Positions 32,175 to 40,776 of a DNA stretch of 63,981 nucleotides are shown one piece after another. The position numbers were made by a program, and so were the translations under genes. Source of the DNA: Actinomycetota bacterium (GTDB lineage Bacteria > Actinomycetota > JAUVYG01). The stretch spans positions 1 through 63,981 of the forward strand of contig JAUVYG010000001.1 of NCBI GenBank assembly GCA_030603185.1. The letters run 5' to 3'. Within the stretch, counting starts at the first letter, position 1. The number at the start of each line of letters is the position of its first letter. Below the pieces are notes generated by a model. The model did no database searches. It saw only the letters and a list, made by a program, of their open reading frames with translations, and was not told the DNA's origin.

Positions 32175-33539
32175 ATGAGTGCATCTATGGATAGCGTAAG
32201 TGACCCCGGATTAGACAAACTTCCACCACAAAACTTGCACGCCGAGCAGTCTGTGCTCGGGTCAATGCTTATCTCTGAGAATGCCGTGCTCGATGTTCTT
32301 GAGATTCTCAAGGTAGACGATTTCTACAGGGAAGCCCACAAGCAGATATTCGAGGGGATCAGACGTCTTACGTCGACCTCAGAGGCTGTTGACGCACTGA
32401 CTGTTACCGAAGAGCTCAAGACGATGGGCTGCTTAGAGCAGGTCGGAGGTCAACCGTACATCCACACGCTCGTCGCCTCCGTACCATCGGCAGCAAATGT
32501 CGCTCATTGGGCAAGAATAGTCTCTAACAGCTCTCTCAAGAGAGGTTTGGTTCGTGTAGGTACGGACATAGCGACAATCGGCTATGACGAGACCGCTGAG
32601 CCCAAACAAGCTATGGATGAGTCAGAGACTCTGATGTTCAACCTCAGCCAAGCTAAAGCTCCTCTAAGGTTCGTCAAGCTCAAAGACGCGATGATGGAGA
32701 CCATGGACTTCATCGAGAGGGCTCAAGACAGTGGTGCGTCCGTCACCGGCACATCCACAGGTTTCTCAGAACTGGATCGTATACTTGGAGGGTTCCAGCC
32801 GTCCGATCTTGTCATTCTTGCGGCACGCCCATCTCTGGGAAAGACCTCTCTAGCTCTTAATATTGCAATTAATGTCGCCCTCAGCGGCTCCGATGATAGC
32901 AACGCAGTTGCCCTGTTCTCGCTTGAGATGTCAAAGAAAGAGCTTGCCACCAGGATTCTTTGCTCAGAGGCGCAGATCGACGGTAACAAACTTAAGTCCG
33001 GAGGCCTGGTCGACGAGGATTACAGTCGAATCGGACGATCGCTCGATGGACTATCAAAGGCTCCGGTCTTCATTGATGATTCCGCTGGAACGACAGTCAT
33101 GGAGGTGCGGGCCAAAGCTCGAAAACTTGCCCAGAGGCATCCTCTCAAACTGATAGTCATTGATTACCTGCAACTCATGCAAGGTGATGGAAAGAGTGAG
33201 AATCGCCAGCAGGAAATATCGACGATCTCAAGATCGCTAAAGGTCCTTGGTCGCGAACTCAACGTACCCATCCTTGCTTTGTCCCAGCTTTCAAGAGCCG
33301 TAGAGAGTCGTGAGAGCAAGAAACCTGTGTTGTCTGACCTTAGGGAGTCGGGGGCGATCGAGCAGGACGCTGATGTGGTCATGTTCATTTATCGCGACGA
33401 GGTATACAACGAAGAGACTACTGATGCGGGCAAGGCTCAGATCATAGTGGCGAAGCACAGGAACGGGCCGACCGGAACCGCAAACCTTGTATTCCAGTCG
33501 AAGTATGCTCGATTCCGCAATCTAGCCCCAGCTAGATAA
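32175..33539 (+). CDS. dnaB: Replicative DNA helicase
   Basis: LPPQNLHAEQSVLGSML N-terminus, Walker A AARPSLGKTS, and SQLSRAVE. Confidence 0.95.
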   Translation: MSASMDSVSDPGLDKLPPQNLHAEQSVLGSMLISENAVLDVLEILKVDDFYREAHKQIFEGIRRLTSTSEAVDALTVTEELKTMGCLEQVGGQPYIHTLVASVPSAANVAHWARIVSNSSLKRGLVRVGTDIATIGYDETAEPKQAMDESETLMFNLSQAKAPLRFVKLKDAMMETMDFIERAQDSGASVTGTSTGFSELDRILGGFQPSDLVILAARPSLGKTSLALNIAINVALSGSDDSNAVALFSLEMSKKELATRILCSEAQIDGNKLKSGGLVDEDYSRIGRSLDGLSKAPVFIDDSAGTTVMEVRAKARKLAQRHPLKLIVIDYLQLMQGDGKSENRQQEISTISRSLKVLGRELNVPILALSQLSRAVESRESKKPVLSDLRESGAIEQDADVVMFIYRDEVYNEETTDAGKAQIIVAKHRNGPTGTANLVFQSKYARFRNLAPAR

Positions 33540-33551
33540 CTCATTCAGAGC

Positions 33552-33580
33552 TTGACGAGGATAGCGCGCTGTACTAATGT
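33552..33580 (+). promoter_or_regulatory. Candidate promoter TTGACG-17 nt-TAATGT for the pur operon
   Basis: Hexamers at 33552-33557 and 33575-33580. Confidence 0.5.
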
Positions 33581-33695
33581 ACTCAAGGGAATTTTGTGAG
33601 AGAAAATGTTCTCCGGCAGACCCTTTCTGCAGGGTTGAAGTACCGGGGTTTTTTGTGCCAGGAGGCATGAAGATAGATATCAGAAGAGGCGTCAT

Positions 33696-34970
33696 ATGCC
33701 AGCTACGGTAATAGTCGGTGCCCAGTGGGGCGATGAAGGCAAAGGCAAACTCACCGACATCTTGGCAGACCATGTTGATTACGTGGTCCGTTACCAGGGC
33801 GGTGACAATGCCGGCCATACCATAGTGCATGGGGACGAGACCTTTAAGCTTCACCTGATCCCATCAGGTGTACTTTATCCTGGGATTACCTCGGTCATCG
33901 GCAACGGCGTTGTGGTTAACCCCAAAGTCCTTCTAGCGGAAATTGATGAGTTGAACGCGCAGGGTGTGGACACAAGCAATATCCGGCTCAGTAACAATGC
34001 TCACCTTGTCATGCCGTACCACATTCTTTTGGACAGAGCCAATGAAGAGAAGCTGGGCTCCGGCCAGATCGGGACCACACACAAGGGCATCGGCCCGGCA
34101 TATGTTGATAAGGCCTCACGACTCGGGCTGAGAGTCCAGGACCTCTATAATGAGGACTTGCTTCGAGAGAAACTTGAGATCGTGATGGGGGACAGGTACT
34201 CCCAGTTTGCGTCTGAGCTTCCCTCTCTTGATGTGATCGTATCCGAGTATCTTGGCTACGCTGAGAGAATCAGGCCAATGGTCACCGACACTTCCCTTCT
34301 GCTACACAGAGCCCTCATGCAGGGCCAGAGGGTGCTTCTAGAGGGCGCTCAAGGCACCTTGCTGGATATTGACCACGGAACCTACCCCTTCGTCACATCG
34401 TCATCTCCTTGTTCGGGTGGTGCGGTAGAAGGTAGTGGTGTCGGCGTAACCCATGTGGACAGCGTCATAGGCATATTGAAGGCCTATGTGACTAGAGTGG
34501 GGTCAGGTCCCTTCCCTACAGAGCAGTTCAACTCCGACGGTCAAAAAATGGGAGAGATAGGTCAGGAGTTCGGTACGACCACCGGCCGCAAGCGTCGTTG
34601 CGGTTGGTTCGATGCAGTATTGCTGCGCTATGCGGTCCGCATCAATGGAATCACCGGATTGGCGCTCACCAAACTTGACGTGCTTTCCACGTTTGACACT
34701 ATCTCGGTCTGCACCGGTTATAGACATGAAGGGATCGAGTACTCTGAATTCCCTGCGGATCAGAGGGTCTTTCAAGCGGCAGAGCCCCACTACGAACAAC
34801 TTACAGGTTGGAACGAGGACATCTCGGGTGCTCGTAAATTCAGTGATCTTCCCCAAGCTGCTCAGGACTACGTACATCGCATAGAAGAGCTCTCGGGGGT
34901 CCCGATTGTGGCCGTTTCGGTCGGTCCCGAAAAAGATCAAACGATTATCAGAGGCGAACTGGTTCCGTGA
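33696..34970 (+). CDS. purA: Adenylosuccinate synthetase
   Basis: GAQWGDEGKGK P-loop. Confidence 0.96.
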   Translation: MPATVIVGAQWGDEGKGKLTDILADHVDYVVRYQGGDNAGHTIVHGDETFKLHLIPSGVLYPGITSVIGNGVVVNPKVLLAEIDELNAQGVDTSNIRLSNNAHLVMPYHILLDRANEEKLGSGQIGTTHKGIGPAYVDKASRLGLRVQDLYNEDLLREKLEIVMGDRYSQFASELPSLDVIVSEYLGYAERIRPMVTDTSLLLHRALMQGQRVLLEGAQGTLLDIDHGTYPFVTSSSPCSGGAVEGSGVGVTHVDSVIGILKAYVTRVGSGPFPTEQFNSDGQKMGEIGQEFGTTTGRKRRCGWFDAVLLRYAVRINGITGLALTKLDVLSTFDTISVCTGYRHEGIEYSEFPADQRVFQAAEPHYEQLTGWNEDISGARKFSDLPQAAQDYVHRIEELSGVPIVAVSVGPEKDQTIIRGELVP

Positions 34971-36241
34971 ATGTATTAGTCATAGGCGCTGGAGGCAGAG
35001 AACACGCTCTTTGCTGGAGACTCTCAACGGATAGTAGTGTTGACCATGTCTATTGCGCTCCTGGTAATCCCGGAATGAGAGACGTCTGCACCGTTGTTTC
35101 CGGCGTCTCTCAGGATGATCGGCAAGCAATACTGGAGTTCACCGATTCGAACAGCATAGGGTTGGTGGTCGTCGGGCCCGAGCAACCATTGGTGGACGGA
35201 CTTGTTGACTATCTGATTTCGAATGATGTGACCACCTTTGGGCCAAATGCTGCAGCTGCTCAGCTTGAAGGTAGTAAGTCTTTTGCCAAAGAGGTGATGA
35301 CAGGAGCGTCTGTACCTACTGCCGGATACGCAGAATTCACCGCATTGGATCCCGCCTTAGCTCATCTAGACCAGGTTGAGTATCCGTGCGTGGTCAAGGC
35401 CGATGGTCTGGCCGCTGGTAAAGGAGTGACCGTTGCGGAAGATATTGCTACCGCCAAGGCTGCGGTCAAGGAGTGCCTTGCTGACGACAGGTTCGGTCAA
35501 GCCGGTCATAAAGTCGTTATTGAAGATTTTCTTGATGGATATGAACTTTCCATTCTTGCTCTGGTTGACGGCACGAAAGCAGTACCTCTTGCTCCCGCTC
35601 AGGACTACAAGCCGGTATTCAATGGGCAAAAAGGGCCAAATACTGGCGGGATGGGATGCTACTCTCCAGTGCCCTCGGTAAGCCCGGAAATGCTTGATGA
35701 TATTGTCGCAACTGTTTTCGAGCCAACGTTGGCTGAGCTGAAGTCACGCGGTATCGAGTTTCGTGGGGTCCTGTACGCAGGACTGATGATAGGCAGCAGC
35801 GGACATAAGGTTCTTGAGTTCAACACTAGATTCGGTGACCCCGAGACACAGGTCGTCATGCCTAGACTTCAGGGAGATCTTGCTGGGATACTCACCCAAT
35901 GTGCGAAGGGGACCCTGGACCCTTCTTTGATCTCATGGAGCGATGAATGCTGTGTAGATGTCGTCCTTGCCAGTGGTGGGTACCCTTTGTCATATCAGAC
36001 CGGTCTGCCCATTAGTGGGCTTGATGATGTCGAGGATGGCACCGAGACCCTTCTGTTCCATGCCGGAACCGGCATGACCGATGGGGTGGTCACCACCAAC
36101 GGTGGGCGAGTACTGAACGTCTGCGGAAGGGCACCAGATTTCCCTGAGGCCCGAAAGAGAGCTTACGCAGCCGTCGATAGGATATCCTTCGAGGGCATGC
36201 ATTATCGAACTGACATTGCCAGCAGCCCAGCTGGGGCCTGA
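34967..36241 (+). CDS. purD: Phosphoribosylamine-glycine ligase
   Basis: MNVLVIGAGGREHAL and ATP-grasp core. Confidence 0.95.
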   Translation: MNVLVIGAGGREHALCWRLSTDSSVDHVYCAPGNPGMRDVCTVVSGVSQDDRQAILEFTDSNSIGLVVVGPEQPLVDGLVDYLISNDVTTFGPNAAAAQLEGSKSFAKEVMTGASVPTAGYAEFTALDPALAHLDQVEYPCVVKADGLAAGKGVTVAEDIATAKAAVKECLADDRFGQAGHKVVIEDFLDGYELSILALVDGTKAVPLAPAQDYKPVFNGQKGPNTGGMGCYSPVPSVSPEMLDDIVATVFEPTLAELKSRGIEFRGVLYAGLMIGSSGHKVLEFNTRFGDPETQVVMPRLQGDLAGILTQCAKGTLDPSLISWSDECCVDVVLASGGYPLSYQTGLPISGLDDVEDGTETLLFHAGTGMTDGVVTTNGGRVLNVCGRAPDFPEARKRAYAAVDRISFEGMHYRTDIASSPAGA

Positions 36242-36270
36242 GTGGCCACGGGCCAATAGATAGGAGGAGT

Positions 36271-36780
36271 ATGGACACTAATCCGTTAGTGGGGATACTC
36301 ATGGGGAGCGAAAGCGACAAAGAAGTTATGAGCGCAGCTGTTGAGCAGTTGTCTGCAATGGGCATCGAACACGATGTCCGGGTGATAAGTGCGCATCGCA
36401 GCCCGAAGCTGGCCGCCCACTACGCTGACACGGCTGCCGATAGAGGAATTAAGGTCATAATCGCAGCAGCCGGAAAAGCTGCCCACCTGGCCGGGGTTGT
36501 CGCAGGCCATACGCACCTCCCAGTTATCGGAGTCCCGATAAAGACCAGCGATCTGGGCGGAATGGACTCCCTCCTATCCACTGTTCAAATGCCATCAGGA
36601 GTGCCGGTAGCCACTGTAGCGATCAACGGCGCGAAAAATGCTGCCATTCTGGCTGCGCAGATCATCGCCACATCTGACTCAAGCATTAAAGACAAGGTCA
36701 TAGATCTCAAAAGGGACATGGAGAAGAAAATAGAAGAAATGAGCTCAAGCGGGCTCGACTACCCTGGAGTCGCCGAATGA
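36271..36780 (+). CDS. purE: N5-CAIR mutase (class I PurE signature)
   Basis: ISAHRSP and AAGKAAHLAG resemble the class I AGGAAHLPG, not the class II AGRSNGLGP. Confidence 0.9.
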   Translation: MDTNPLVGILMGSESDKEVMSAAVEQLSAMGIEHDVRVISAHRSPKLAAHYADTAADRGIKVIIAAAGKAAHLAGVVAGHTHLPVIGVPIKTSDLGGMDSLLSTVQMPSGVPVATVAINGAKNAAILAAQIIATSDSSIKDKVIDLKRDMEKKIEEMSSSGLDYPGVAE

Positions 36781-38066
36781 TTGACAGGTATACCGTCCCA
36801 GCAATGGGGGACATGTGGACTGACGACGCGAAATTCAGTGCATGGCTCAAGGTTGAAGTACTCGCAGTAGAGGCCTGGGGGGAGCTTGGTAGAATCCCGG
36901 CTGACGCAGTAGAGGATGTTCGAAGCAAAGCCGCTTTTGACTGTGCGCGTGTTCTTGAGATCGAAGAAGAAGTCAGGCACGACGTTATCGCTTTCTTGAC
37001 CTGCATGGCTGAGCATATCGGGCCATCCTCAAGGTTTGTACACCTTGGCATGACCTCCTCAGACATTCTGGATACAGGTCTTGCCATTCAGATGAAAGAT
37101 GCGGCTGAGCTATTGCTCCAGGAGCTGGACGAGGTCATTGAGGCCGTGAAGACCCAAGCCATTACTCATAAAGACACCGTCATGATCGGCCGCAGCCATG
37201 GGATCCATGCAGAGCCCACCACATTCGGCCTAAAGCTACTGGTTTGGTATCACGAGTTGCTCAGAGCCAAAGAGCGCCTCTCCCGCGCTAAGGACTGTGT
37301 GAGTGTTGGTCAGATCTCAGGGACTGTTGGCACCTACGCCAACGTAGATCCTTTTGTTGAAGACTATGTATGTCGGAAGCTGGGGCTAACGCCAGCACCT
37401 GCGTCATCCCAGATCATTCAGCGCGATAGACATGCTGAATTTCTGTCAGCGATCGCTCTAGTTGGTGCCTCACTTGATAATTTTGCCACTGAGATCAGGG
37501 GCCTTCAGCGGACTGAAGTCGGCGAAGTAGAAGAGCCATTCCGAAAAGGACAGAAGGGCTCATCCGCAATGCCACACAAGAGGAATCCTATCGTTTCAGA
37601 GAGGATTAGTGGACTGTCACGAGTCCTCAGGGGTAACGCAGTCGTCGGACTCGAGAATGTCGCATTGTGGCACGAGAGGGACATCAGCCACTCATCTGCC
37701 GAAAGAGTGGTCATCCCTGATTCCTGCATTACTCTGCACTACATGCTGACTCAGTTTAAGAGGGTCATGCAGGGTCTGGTTGTGAACAAAGACAAGATGA
37801 TGGCCAACCTTGAGCTGACCCACGGACTACCGTTCTCGGGGAGTGTGCTTCTGGCCTTGATCGAAAAGGGGATATCAAGGGAAGACGCTTATAGTTACGT
37901 ACAGCGATGTGCTATGGCAGCCTGGGAATCGCAGAAACCTCTACTTGATCTGCTCGCCAAGGACTCCGATGTCGCATCGTTACTCACAGAAGAAGAAATA
38001 GCGGAGTGCTTCGATCCGAGACAGCCGCTTAAGAACGTAGACATTATATTCTCAAGGATTGACTAA
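36777..38066 (+). CDS. purB: Adenylosuccinate lyase
   Basis: GSSAMPHKRNP signature loop. Confidence 0.95.
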   Translation: MIDRYTVPAMGDMWTDDAKFSAWLKVEVLAVEAWGELGRIPADAVEDVRSKAAFDCARVLEIEEEVRHDVIAFLTCMAEHIGPSSRFVHLGMTSSDILDTGLAIQMKDAAELLLQELDEVIEAVKTQAITHKDTVMIGRSHGIHAEPTTFGLKLLVWYHELLRAKERLSRAKDCVSVGQISGTVGTYANVDPFVEDYVCRKLGLTPAPASSQIIQRDRHAEFLSAIALVGASLDNFATEIRGLQRTEVGEVEEPFRKGQKGSSAMPHKRNPIVSERISGLSRVLRGNAVVGLENVALWHERDISHSSAERVVIPDSCITLHYMLTQFKRVMQGLVVNKDKMMANLELTHGLPFSGSVLLALIEKGISREDAYSYVQRCAMAAWESQKPLLDLLAKDSDVASLLTEEEIAECFDPRQPLKNVDIIFSRID

Positions 38067-38122
38067 AAGTAGGGTACCTACTTCAGGCCATTCGCCTTAC
38101 GCTCCGGAGACCTGAGCTTGTC

Positions 38123-39079
38123 GTGCTCGGAGTCATGGCTGGTGCTATAGGAGGGGCCGTGCCGGTCGGCTTTTTGGGCCAGAACTCCTCGTATGGACCA
38201 TCCGGTTCGGATCCAGCGCCTGAGATCGGTGGGCAGCAAGGAATTTCGACGATCTCGGACCTACTTAGTGGATTACCCTTCATCTTCAGCGGTCTCGTCA
38301 TCGTGGCAGTTCTTATCTTTGTGTTCTGGGCTATTTCTATATTTGCGCGAATCGCCGTCATTATTGCGGCTGATGAGTCTCCTGAAACAACAAGTGAACG
38401 AGGTGTCGGAAGGTACCTGGATGATGGGGCTGCATATTTCTTTCGAGTAGCCGGTATAGACATCATCTTCGGACTCATCGCCCTGATGATTTCCTTGGGC
38501 TTGGTGTATGGGGACCTAAGTCAGGTATTAGCACTCGTGGATAGGCTGCCAAGCTCAGCGATTGAAATGTTTAGAGTTATCGGCGAACTGACTAGCAGAT
38601 TCTATACATTCCTAGGAGGCATCATCGTGGTCGGAGGCATCTCTTTGGTGGGGCCGGCACTACTAGCGGCAATAGGCTTATTTGTAGGGGCATTGCTGTG
38701 GAGCATCAGAGAGACTGCGATACGATATGCGGTTCTTCGGGACCTTGGGGTTGTTCGCTCCCTCGGGCTCGGCCTGAAGGGGCTCGTGCATGCTTCGCTT
38801 TCCCGGGGGGTCGCGACAGTCCAGATCCTTGTATTCACAGTCGCTTACCTCGTCGCTCTATCCTTGATGATCTATGGGCTACAAGCGCTCACATTCATTC
38901 CGGATTTTGGTATCACGGTACTGACTGGAGCGCTCGTGATTTTGTCGATCGGTGTCATTGAGTCGGTTGTTGGCAGCTTTTGGAATCAACACTATCGCTT
39001 TGAAGCATCCATCTTGTATTCTGATAAACGTGATATGCGAAATGACACAGATCTAGGTGAAAAAAGTAGACATCAATAA
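38123..39079 (+). CDS. Polytopic membrane protein of unknown function embedded in the pur operon
   Basis: 318-aa ORF with about 6 hydrophobic helices. Same strand as the operon and overlaps the purC start. Its own start is uncertain. Confidence 0.55.
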   Translation: MLGVMAGAIGGAVPVGFLGQNSSYGPSGSDPAPEIGGQQGISTISDLLSGLPFIFSGLVIVAVLIFVFWAISIFARIAVIIAADESPETTSERGVGRYLDDGAAYFFRVAGIDIIFGLIALMISLGLVYGDLSQVLALVDRLPSSAIEMFRVIGELTSRFYTFLGGIIVVGGISLVGPALLAAIGLFVGALLWSIRETAIRYAVLRDLGVVRSLGLGLKGLVHASLSRGVATVQILVFTVAYLVALSLMIYGLQALTFIPDFGITVLTGALVILSIGVIESVVGSFWNQHYRFEASILYSDKRDMRNDTDLGEKSRHQ

Positions 39080-39779
39080 GGGCGAGGCCCTTTACGAGGG
39101 AAAAGCGAAGATCGTATATGCGACGGACGATCCCTCACTTGTAATACAGCACTTCAAGGACTCAGCCACCGCCTTTAATGCCGAAAAAGTCGGCACTATC
39201 TCCGGTAAGGGCGAGGCCAATGCGATGATTTCGCGTCACCTGTTTGAAATGCTTGAAACTAAAGGCATTCCCACTCAGTACGTTGGTTTTCAGCCGCCCA
39301 CCGATCTGATCACGCGGAAGCTGGACATGCTTCCAGTTGAGGTCGTAGTCAGGAACGTCGCTGCAGGCTCTCTATCAAAGAGGATCGGATACCCCGAGGG
39401 TAAGCCGCTGAAGAGCACCCTTGTCGAGTTTTATCTCAAAGATGATGACCTGGGCGATCCCCTTTTGACGATTGATCACATTCGAGAGCTCGACCTCATC
39501 ACGGATTCCCAAGTAGAGGCTCTGAAGAAGCTCGGACTTCAGATCAACGATGTCTTGCTCAAGTTCTTTCTTGAGTGTGGACTAAGGTTGATCGACTACA
39601 AGCTTGAGTTCGGCGTAGCCGATGGTCAGATCTATTTGGGTGACGAGATTTCTCCGGATACTTGCCGTCTCTGGGATGTCGGAACCGGTGAAAAGCTTGA
39701 TAAGGATAGATTCCGCCAAGACCTTGGCGGAGTAGAAGAAGCGTACCGAGAGGTACTAAAGCGCATCGAATCAAATTGA
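39057..39779 (+). CDS. purC: SAICAR synthetase
   Basis: LYEGKAKIVY N-terminus, plus KLEFG. Confidence 0.93.
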   Translation: MKKVDINKGEALYEGKAKIVYATDDPSLVIQHFKDSATAFNAEKVGTISGKGEANAMISRHLFEMLETKGIPTQYVGFQPPTDLITRKLDMLPVEVVVRNVAAGSLSKRIGYPEGKPLKSTLVEFYLKDDDLGDPLLTIDHIRELDLITDSQVEALKKLGLQINDVLLKFFLECGLRLIDYKLEFGVADGQIYLGDEISPDTCRLWDVGTGEKLDKDRFRQDLGGVEEAYREVLKRIESN

Positions 39780-39810
39780 TAACTGAAGTCATCGATCGAA
39801 AGGGGTACCG

Positions 39811-40053
39811 TTGAACGCCAAAGTTGTTGTGAGCCTAAAAGATGGAATTCTTGATCCAGAGGGCCAGGCGGTAGCCAGCGCACTTGGCCGCATGGGTTTC
39901 GATGAGGTCAAAGACGTTAGGATCGGGAAGGTCATCGAGATCGAACTCGAGGATGGCATTGCCGATGCTGAGGTTAGGGTCAAGCAGATGTGCGAGCAGA
40001 TACTCTCCAATCCAGTGATAGAGAAATTTCACATCCAGACTGAACAGAGCTAG
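39811..40053 (+). CDS. purS: FGAM synthase subunit PurS
   Basis: 80 aa. VSLKDGILDPEGQAVASALGRMGF. Confidence 0.9.
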   Translation: MNAKVVVSLKDGILDPEGQAVASALGRMGFDEVKDVRIGKVIEIELEDGIADAEVRVKQMCEQILSNPVIEKFHIQTEQS

Positions 40054-40776
40054 ATGACAGTCGATAGACCCAATATCGGTGTCGCTATTTTTCCGGGTTC
40101 GAACTGCGACGCGGACTCCTTGCATGGACTTGAGCTAGCGGGGGCTAATGCGATTCCCGTTTGGCATGATCATCCTGAGACCGGCTCACTTGATGGCATG
40201 ATGATTCCCGGGGGCTTCTCGTACGGAGATTACCTTCGGACTGGTGCAATCGCACAATTCTCGACCGTTATGGACCTGATCAGACAAATGGCTGATGATG
40301 GGCGGCCCGTCCTGGGGGTGTGCAATGGATTCCAGATCTTGCTCGAAACAGGGCTTCTTCCCGGTGGAATGCTGCGCAATCGTGATATGAAGTTCATATG
40401 CAGAACGGTGCAGATACGCTTGGAATCCACCGGTAACTCCTTTTCGAATCAGAACGCGTCCGGGGATACCATGCGTATACCGATTGCTCACGGTGAGGGG
40501 AACTACTATGCAGATCCGAAAACTCTCGCTGAGATGAACTCGAATGGGCAGGTCGCATTCCGATATTGTGATAACGGTATCGTTGGCGCCTCGACGAATC
40601 CGAACGGCTCTTCTGAATCGATTGCGGGCGTCACTAATGCTGCCGGCAACGTACTTGGGATGATGCCTCACCCCGAAAGAGCCCTTGAGCCCCAGCTTGG
40701 ATCAACCGATGGGCTCGGGATTATGAGGTCGATGGTGGAAAGCTGCATTAGCTCTAGGGCGGCAATCAATGTCTAA
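40054..40776 (+). CDS. purQ: FGAM synthase glutaminase subunit
   Basis: Nucleophile elbow GVCNGFQ, and HPE near the C-terminus. Confidence 0.93.
   Translation: MTVDRPNIGVAIFPGSNCDADSLHGLELAGANAIPVWHDHPETGSLDGMMIPGGFSYGDYLRTGAIAQFSTVMDLIRQMADDGRPVLGVCNGFQILLETGLLPGGMLRNRDMKFICRTVQIRLESTGNSFSNQNASGDTMRIPIAHGEGNYYADPKTLAEMNSNGQVAFRYCDNGIVGASTNPNGSSESIAGVTNAAGNVLGMMPHPERALEPQLGSTDGLGIMRSMVESCISSRAAINV

Noticed and set aside
38083-38478. 131-aa reverse ORF overlapping the start of the pur-operon membrane protein.
   Set aside because: The + frame is much longer, hydrophobic-periodic and co-directional with the operon. The reverse ORF is Pro/Ser/Arg-rich. Some doubt remains, which the 0.55 confidence of the + call reflects.
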